A stretch of 63,919 nt of DNA, counting the filler, from Acetivibrio sp. (lineage in GTDB: Bacteria > Bacillota > Clostridia > Acetivibrionales > Acetivibrionaceae): NCBI RefSeq assembly GCF_035371925.1. It is 3 parts of 3 records of this genome, joined end to end, with 100 filler letters (N's around TTAATTAATTAA, not from the genome) between each part and the next. Parts side by side here need not be neighbours in the genome. Positions count along the whole stretch, not along the records: positions 52,623 to 63,919 come from NZ_DAORXT010000089.1; 2 more parts are not named here. One strand, 5' to 3'. Positions 58,136 through 63,919 of this stretch are shown piece by piece. A program made the translations under genes and the position numbers. Below the pieces are notes generated by a model. It was not told where the DNA came from. It did not search any database and saw nothing but the letters and a program-made list of their open reading frames with translations. Positions within the stretch are counted from its first letter, which is position 1. Every line of letters starts with the position of its first letter.

Positions 58136-58972
58136 TTATTCTATTTCAGTTCCGTCATAGGCCCTGAAAAACTTGTTTTGCTTCTTTCCACTTTCCCTAT
58201 ACTCTATACGCCAAACAGGAATATCGTCCAGCTCCCTGCTTCCGTCATCCATTTTATGCTCTTTAAACCCCAAGTCAATCTTTGTAATGGTAATATTTTT
58301 TATACAATCATAATGGCGTATAAGCACTTGGTACAAAGGCATGACCTTTTTGCTGTTAATTATGCCGTTAACCTTTCTGTATCTTGCTGCAAGATATGTC
58401 ATCCTGCCATCGACTAAATCTACAGTAATATAGTTTTCATGTACCAAAAAACTCTTATACTTTTGCTTGAAAATATATGTTTTGCGGTTGCCTTCTTCCT
58501 CAATCGTATCCAGGTGATAATCCGTTATCGGTATTCCCGTGCCTTTAAGCATATTTGACACAAAACTCAGCACACCATCTGCGCCATTTAAGCCCGGCAC
58601 AAGACTATCAGGCTCGCTGTTCATGAAAATAAAGGAATAGTCGTCCGGAAAGCTTAGCTCTTTGCCATCATCCTCTATATCAAGCTCCCCCGACAAATTT
58701 TCATCATTCCCTGTATCCCCCACAAGATTTCCAATCACCCTTTTTTTATCAAATCCCTCGTCCAGATAAGTGAGTGTTCCCACACCTCCATTAAAATGCG
58801 GTATATCGCAGATTATGGCAACACCTCTTTCCGCCAAAGCCTGACGGGCATCATCAATTGTATCCTTTGTTATATTGTCGCTATTTAACGTATATATGAG
58901 AATAATACTCAAAAACACATTTAAAAGAAAAAACAGCATTATGAAAATATTCTTTGCTCTGGCCCAGTCCAT
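58136..58972 (-). CDS. yycI: YycI-like two-component system regulatory protein
   Basis: MDWARAKNIFIMLFFLLNVFL N-terminal TM, characteristic of YycI; ends ..PVWRI..AYDG. Confidence 0.8.
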   Translation of the reverse strand: MDWARAKNIFIMLFFLLNVFLSIILIYTLNSDNITKDTIDDARQALAERGVAIICDIPHFNGGVGTLTYLDEGFDKKRVIGNLVGDTGNDENLSGELDIEDDGKELSFPDDYSFIFMNSEPDSLVPGLNGADGVLSFVSNMLKGTGIPITDYHLDTIEEEGNRKTYIFKQKYKSFLVHENYITVDLVDGRMTYLAARYRKVNGIINSKKVMPLYQVLIRHYDCIKNITITKIDLGFKEHKMDDGSRELDDIPVWRIEYRESGKKQNKFFRAYDGTEIE

Positions 58973-58974
58973 AT

Positions 58975-60444
58975 CTATCCTTCCTCCGGAGGTTTCTTTT
59001 GCATGGGAACAACATACCTTTTACCTTCCATCGTCTCAACTATCCAGACAGGCTCCAAGCTCTGACTGTCTGTGCTGAATTTAACCTCATATGTCATATT
59101 AATGTCTTTTACGGAAAAATCCTTTATGCTTATATCCTGATACAAATTGAATATGTCATCAAACAAACTTTCAAACTTGACGTTCAGCATGAGGTTCTCT
59201 TTACCCAACTTAAACTCTTTTAGTGCCCAGTAACAGCTCAAAATCCTCTGACTGTTTACATCCACTGTTATGGCATGGTTCAACTTGTTTTTATCCTTGT
59301 TGTTTACCGTATATTCATTAAACGAAACCTCCATGTCATTAAATTTATAATCAAAAGAAAATGTGTAATAATTGCTGTGCTCCTCAATTCCCGACAGGTA
59401 AACATCCACACCCGAGACCAACTTCTCCCTGCGATTGATAAATTCCAATGCTATCTTTAAAGCTTCAACTTTGCTGCCTTTTTCATAGCTATTAATTCCA
59501 TGAAGATATTTATACTCCAAAAGACCGTCTCTGTAAATTCTATACATGTTACTTAAGTTTTGAAATACAACGGTTTTATTATAGACATCTATACTCCTTA
59601 TGTAATCGTCCTCATCCTCTCCAAGGATGATTCTTGCAATATCATTAAGGTCCTGACTGCTGTTTGGCTGCTGGATGTTTCGTATCAGCTCCGGAACGTT
59701 GCAAACAAGATTCTTGTAATTTCTGTATTTTCTCCCCTGGGCAACTATCAGGACATCGGGACTTAGGTATTGATAAACATAGTTTGTCACATATTCCTTG
59801 ATAACACTGTAGCCCTCAATATCGTCCTCGTAGAGATTGGCTATAATGTCATCATAGTCGTCTATTGACAAACCTTTTGTCACAAAGGGAACCACATACT
59901 TATTTACCTTGTCGCCGTCAAATACATATATTGTAAGATTTTTGTTTATATTTTCCGATGGGAGAATTGCCATTTTATAGATACCTTCAGATTTGAACCC
60001 CGATACCCATCTTTCATTAAGAAATGCTGCTAAAAGCTCAGAGTTTATACAGGTTTTAAATTCAAAAATGAAGGATTTTCTTAAAACCACGTCACCCCAA
60101 AATTCCTTGCCGTACTCCCCTTTTGATACCACCCCTCTATCGGTCAGCAGATATTTTATATATGCCTGGGCATCATTCCACAACGGCTTATAGTATTCAT
60201 GATTTTCTTTTATCACCCAATGGGGATTTTCAAACCCTTCGGAAACCACAACTCTATATGGCTTGAAAGCATCTCCGATATCATACTCCGTTTCTGCCTG
60301 AGATTTATTAAAAAAACCCCATAAAAAATTAGTAGGCACTCCTCGATTTTGATAATACCAAAGGATACCTACCTGTATAAAGCTCGTTATTACCAATAAA
60401 AACAGTATGTACAACTTTACTCTTTCACGGCCAAACCATTTCAT
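58975..60444 (-). CDS. yycH: YycH-like regulatory protein
   Basis: ERVKLYILFLLVITSFIQVGILW TM; large extracellular domain; ..LEPVWIVE; position between walK and yycI. Confidence 0.7.
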   Translation of the reverse strand: MKWFGRERVKLYILFLLVITSFIQVGILWYYQNRGVPTNFLWGFFNKSQAETEYDIGDAFKPYRVVVSEGFENPHWVIKENHEYYKPLWNDAQAYIKYLLTDRGVVSKGEYGKEFWGDVVLRKSFIFEFKTCINSELLAAFLNERWVSGFKSEGIYKMAILPSENINKNLTIYVFDGDKVNKYVVPFVTKGLSIDDYDDIIANLYEDDIEGYSVIKEYVTNYVYQYLSPDVLIVAQGRKYRNYKNLVCNVPELIRNIQQPNSSQDLNDIARIILGEDEDDYIRSIDVYNKTVVFQNLSNMYRIYRDGLLEYKYLHGINSYEKGSKVEALKIALEFINRREKLVSGVDVYLSGIEEHSNYYTFSFDYKFNDMEVSFNEYTVNNKDKNKLNHAITVDVNSQRILSCYWALKEFKLGKENLMLNVKFESLFDDIFNLYQDISIKDFSVKDINMTYEVKFSTDSQSLEPVWIVETMEGKRYVVPMQKKPPEEG

Positions 60445-60459
60445 TCAAATCCCAGACCT

Positions 60460-60990
60460 TTATGCTCCGAATAAATTATCCAACATATCTGTAATTCTAA
60501 GAAATCCGTTCTTGATTGCCTCTTTAACACTTCTATCCAATAAAGTTACTGTAAAAGTATTTACCTGCAAATTCTCTCCTAAAACCAATTCTGCATTGTC
60601 CTTCTTTGTATTACCCTGATATGCTACAATTCTTATTTTGTTGGCTCCTTTCTTCGGAAGCTCTATCTCCTTCATAAAGAACCCCGAAGCTCCTATCACC
60701 CATGTGTCTTCTCCGTCCAAATCCTTGTAAGGTTCGAACGTTTCAGTTTTTTCATTGTACATAAGAAGCTTTACCGTTATGTTCTGCTTGTCTGAGTTGC
60801 CGCAAATTACATAAGACTCTTTAAAAGTAGTCTCATCGCCCTCGGGACGGGTAATCTTAACAAGAAATTGTTTGGTATCCTCAGTCTTCTTATCGGATAT
60901 CAAATCAACTTTCTCGTCTGCAAATACCGTCATGCACATACTTATTAAAAACATAACCGTACAAAACAGAGTAATTATCTTTTTTGCCAT
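60460..60990 (-). CDS. Secreted hypothetical protein
   Basis: RBS GAGGTG; signal peptide MAKKIITLFCTVMFLISMCMTVFA; Ig-like segment (GANKIRIVA). Confidence 0.75.
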   Translation of the reverse strand: MAKKIITLFCTVMFLISMCMTVFADEKVDLISDKKTEDTKQFLVKITRPEGDETTFKESYVICGNSDKQNITVKLLMYNEKTETFEPYKDLDGEDTWVIGASGFFMKEIELPKKGANKIRIVAYQGNTKKDNAELVLGENLQVNTFTVTLLDRSVKEAIKNGFLRITDMLDNLFGA

Positions 60991-61055
60991 AAAAAACACC
61001 TCATGATAGAGAAATAAAGACAAAATTAAACTTTATCTCCCCTAATACTAACTTA

Positions 61056-61088
61056 ATTATACTATATTACTGTTACAAAATTATTACA
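61056..61088 (-). promoter_or_regulatory. Internal promoter with a perfect WalR box overlapping the -35 region
   Basis: TGTAAT-AATTT-TGTAAC (61088-61072); TATAAT at 61061-61056. Confidence 0.65.
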
Positions 61089-61101
61089 CAGCATTTAAGA
61101 T

Positions 61102-62913
61102 TCAGTTACACACCGGCAGCTTTACAGTAACCTCTGTTCCCTTTCCAAGCTCACTTGTGACAGATATCGTGCCTTTATGAGCTTCTACGATTTCTTTTGC
61201 AATTGCCAAACCAAGACCCGTACCTCCCATTTCCCTTGAGCGGGCCTTGTCCGTTCTGTAAAACCTTTCAAATATTCTGTCAATGTCCTCCTTGGGAATT
61301 CCTATACCCGAGTCAGCCACTTTTACATAAACGTCACTGTACATCTTACCGATATAAACTGTAATTTTACCGCCTTCCGGAGTATACTTTATTGCATTGG
61401 TAAGAATATTCAAAACCACCTGCTCTATGCGGTCCTTGTCTGCAACAATCTCCATCGCCTCTCCAATGGTAAAACATTCGAGGGATTGCTTTTTCTCCTC
61501 AGATTCAAATTTAACCTTTTCCACACAGCTTTTTACCAAGGTTTCAAAGTTTATCTTTTGCATATCCCACTTCATTTGATTGTTATCGAGCCTCGAAAGC
61601 TGAAGAAGATCCTTCACAAGCCTTGTCATCCTGTCTGCTTCCGAATTAATAACACTTAGGAATTTCTCCGAAATTTCCCTGTTCTCCAAGGCTCCGTCCA
61701 ACAATGTTTCCGCATAGCTCTTGATTGATGTCAAAGGCGTTCTTAGTTCATGGGAAACATTTGCAACAAATTCCTTGCGCATGTTTTCGAGCTTTTGCTG
61801 TTCGGTTATATCGTGAAGCACGGCAATTATACCGTCGGCATTGTTTTCCTCATCAGTAAAAAGAGCAAAATATATTTTTATATATTTTTCCCCAATATTA
61901 ATACTTGCTTCTTTTGCATTGTATATTTCAAGGTACTTAACCTCTTCTATCGACACATCAAGATTGTACTTCTTTGAAAACCCGTTAAAGTCAAAATCAA
62001 ATTCATCAATCTCCAATATCGCTTTTGCCACCGGATTTATATGAATTACCTGTCCATTTATATTGAACGCAATTACACCATCGGTCATATAGTTGAGAAT
62101 GGTCTCAATCTTGCTTTTCTCCCTGGATATTTGATTTAAGGTGTTTTTAAGCTCCTTGCTCATAAAATTGAAAGCTTTTGTGAGCTTGCCTATTTCATCA
62201 TCGGATTTGACTTCCATCACATGTCCGAAATCTCCTGCCGCCATTTCCCTTGCCTTGTGCACGAGGTTGACAATCGGAACGGTTATTGTTTTCGAGAGTG
62301 CATATCCAAAAATCAATGAAAATATGACAGCAATAAGAAAGCTCAGTTTTATTATATCATTAAAAGCTCCTATCGCTCCGGCCCACTCTTCCCGGTCATA
62401 CCTGAAGTATAAAATATAATCTGTTTTACCAATTCGTCTTGCATAGTCAAAGAAGGCCTTGTCTCCAATTCTGATTAATTTTCCCTTATCCCCTTTACCA
62501 CCTGCCAGTGCAGCAAGATAGTTTCTTGACTGTATTATATCCTCCCTCAGTGTTTCCCTGTAAGGTGATTTCACATCAGTGTATATTATTTCATTGGTGT
62601 TTTTGTCAATTATCGTAAATGTTCTGAAATTGTTTATAAAAAACAGGGACATAGCGTTCGCTTTGTTATTGGCGGTAAGGTATGAAACAATTTCCTCTTT
62701 TGTAGGCTTGTCTTCGTCATCTATTCCCCAATATTCAAAACCGTTTTCAATCCCTGCTTTAAAGGTATCATAAAAAAACAATTCCACAAAATAGTTCAAC
62801 GATACACTTGCGGATACTGCCAACACCAATGCCAAAAGTATGAAAATAGTTACAAGTCTCCACTGAAGGCTCCTTAAAAACTGCAAACGCTTCAAAACCA
62901 TATCCATCCTCAC
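61102..62913 (-). CDS. walK: WalK/YycG-like sensor histidine kinase (TM-HAMP-PAS-HisKA-HATPase)
   Basis: SDDEIGKL HAMP; MTDGVIAFN PAS; ANVSHELRTPLT; NILTNAIKYT; GGTGLGLAIAKEIVEAH. Confidence 0.85.
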   Translation of the reverse strand: MRMDMVLKRLQFLRSLQWRLVTIFILLALVLAVSASVSLNYFVELFFYDTFKAGIENGFEYWGIDDEDKPTKEEIVSYLTANNKANAMSLFFINNFRTFTIIDKNTNEIIYTDVKSPYRETLREDIIQSRNYLAALAGGKGDKGKLIRIGDKAFFDYARRIGKTDYILYFRYDREEWAGAIGAFNDIIKLSFLIAVIFSLIFGYALSKTITVPIVNLVHKAREMAAGDFGHVMEVKSDDEIGKLTKAFNFMSKELKNTLNQISREKSKIETILNYMTDGVIAFNINGQVIHINPVAKAILEIDEFDFDFNGFSKKYNLDVSIEEVKYLEIYNAKEASINIGEKYIKIYFALFTDEENNADGIIAVLHDITEQQKLENMRKEFVANVSHELRTPLTSIKSYAETLLDGALENREISEKFLSVINSEADRMTRLVKDLLQLSRLDNNQMKWDMQKINFETLVKSCVEKVKFESEEKKQSLECFTIGEAMEIVADKDRIEQVVLNILTNAIKYTPEGGKITVYIGKMYSDVYVKVADSGIGIPKEDIDRIFERFYRTDKARSREMGGTGLGLAIAKEIVEAHKGTISVTSELGKGTEVTVKLPVCN

Positions 62914-62942
62914 ACAGTCAAAATTTCACTATTTTTTGACTC

Positions 62943-63641
62943 TCAATTTACTTTATTAAAGTAATACCCTACTCCCCTTTTTGTCATAATGTAACAGGGA
63001 TTACTCGGATCCTTTTCAATCTTTTCTCTAACTCTTCTTACAGTAACATCCACCGTACGAACATCGCCGTAATATTCATAACCCCAAACCTTTTCCAAAA
63101 GGCTCTCCCTTGAAAATATCTGTCCCGGCTGCAGCGCAAGAAATTTAACCAGCTCAAATTCTCTTAGCGTCAGCTCGATTACCTCATCGTTTCTTCTTAC
63201 CTCATAATGCTCAATATCTATTTCCAAATCGCCAAACTTTAAATAATTGCTTTGTTTCTTTTGGGTCTCCGCAGTTGAAGCAACTCTTCTTAAATTGGCC
63301 TTTACCCTTGCCATCAATTCCCTGGTGCTGAAAGGCTTTGTTATATAATCGTCCGCTCCAAGCTCCAACCCCAACACCTTGTCAACTTCTTCTTCCTTGG
63401 CAGTAATCATTATGATAGGAGTGGAAATGCTCTCTCTTAATTTGCGGCAAACGGTAAAGCCATCCAATTTGGGAAGCATTATATCCAAGAGTATCAGGTC
63501 CGGTTTTTCACTTAAGGCAAGCTCTATAGCCTGTTCGCCGTCATTTGCCTCAATCGTAGAAAAACCCTCTTTTGTTAAATTAAATTTTAGTATGTCAACT
63601 ATATTTTTTTCGTCATCAACAACAAGGATTTTTGCACTCAC
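62943..63641 (-). CDS. walR: WalR/YycF-like response regulator
   Basis: KILVVDDEKNIVDILKFNL, KEEEVDKVLGLELGADDY, YYGDVRTVDVTVRR; probable GTG start at 63641. Confidence 0.88.
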   Translation of the reverse strand: MSAKILVVDDEKNIVDILKFNLTKEGFSTIEANDGEQAIELALSEKPDLILLDIMLPKLDGFTVCRKLRESISTPIIMITAKEEEVDKVLGLELGADDYITKPFSTRELMARVKANLRRVASTAETQKKQSNYLKFGDLEIDIEHYEVRRNDEVIELTLREFELVKFLALQPGQIFSRESLLEKVWGYEYYGDVRTVDVTVRRVREKIEKDPSNPCYIMTKRGVGYYFNKVN

Positions 63642-63919
63642 AAAATACACTTCCTTTCATTGTAAAATCGCAAGACATCCACCATACCTTTCATTATATC
63701 ATTAAAAATAAAAATAAGAACATATATTTTACGTCAATAACTCCAGTTTATTGAATTTTTATATCCTACAACCTGTTCTTCCTCAAATATTATAAAATAT
63801 TGCTCAAATTATATTGATATTATTCCAATATGTGTTATAATAGAATAAGATGATTGTCCATTTTTCCTCGTTTCTTTTGCAGTTATAGTTTAAAAGAAAA
63901 ATTACCAAAGGCAATAATA

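Noticed and set aside
677..63705. Numerous short ORFs in the track that overlap or lie antisense to the core genes (e.g. 6374-6820, 21998-22633, 37345-37911, 42058-42666)
   Set aside because: Shadow frames of well-supported genes, with no RBS, recognisable motifs or independent operon context.

Overview
Three unrelated contigs of a draft clostridial genome, joined by artificial 100-bp spacers (N44-TTAATTAATTAA-N44 at 27427-27526 and 52523-52622), so adjacency across the gaps is not evidence of linkage. Protein style and gene order suggest the Acetivibrio/Hungateiclostridium thermocellus group (inference, not searched). Contig 1 (1-27426) opens with a small accessory islet: a structured 63-bp tandem repeat, a decayed ECF sigma/anti-sigma remnant and a Bce-type ABC transporter with its two-component system. 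It continues with the conserved origin-proximal block yaaO-tmk-yaaR-holB-ricT-rsmI-abrB-spmAB-metG-tatD-yabE-rsmA. Contig 2 (27527-52522) holds tRNA-Pro, hflKC, a GerA-family operon with two B subunits and an unannotated 58-aa membrane ORF, tRNA-Trp, proC-rnhA-nudF-spoIIM-xerD, an internally deleted deoB, pdp, dacF, guaB, lysA, a DHH-CBS tRNA nucleotidyltransferase and a site-2 protease. Contig 3 (52623-63919, minus strand) holds a walRK-yycHI-murA-yycJ-rlmH cluster followed by the end of an SCC-like island with a 705-aa large serine recombinase. Best leads: (1) the island appears to have removed the conserved C-terminal YHK codons of rlmH; (2) a perfect RBS-occluding inverted repeat whose 5' arm lies inside a sigma-K-like promoter, a possible read-through translation guard for a Pro/Gln/Met-rich gene; (3) two perfect WalR-type boxes, one at an internal promoter upstream of yycHI and one at an orphan promoter-terminator unit (candidate sRNA); (4) a YtpB-like terpene-synthase homolog lacking both Asp-rich motifs; (5) a 50-bp element end shared by both contigs at gap 2. 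No CRISPR array or rRNA was seen.
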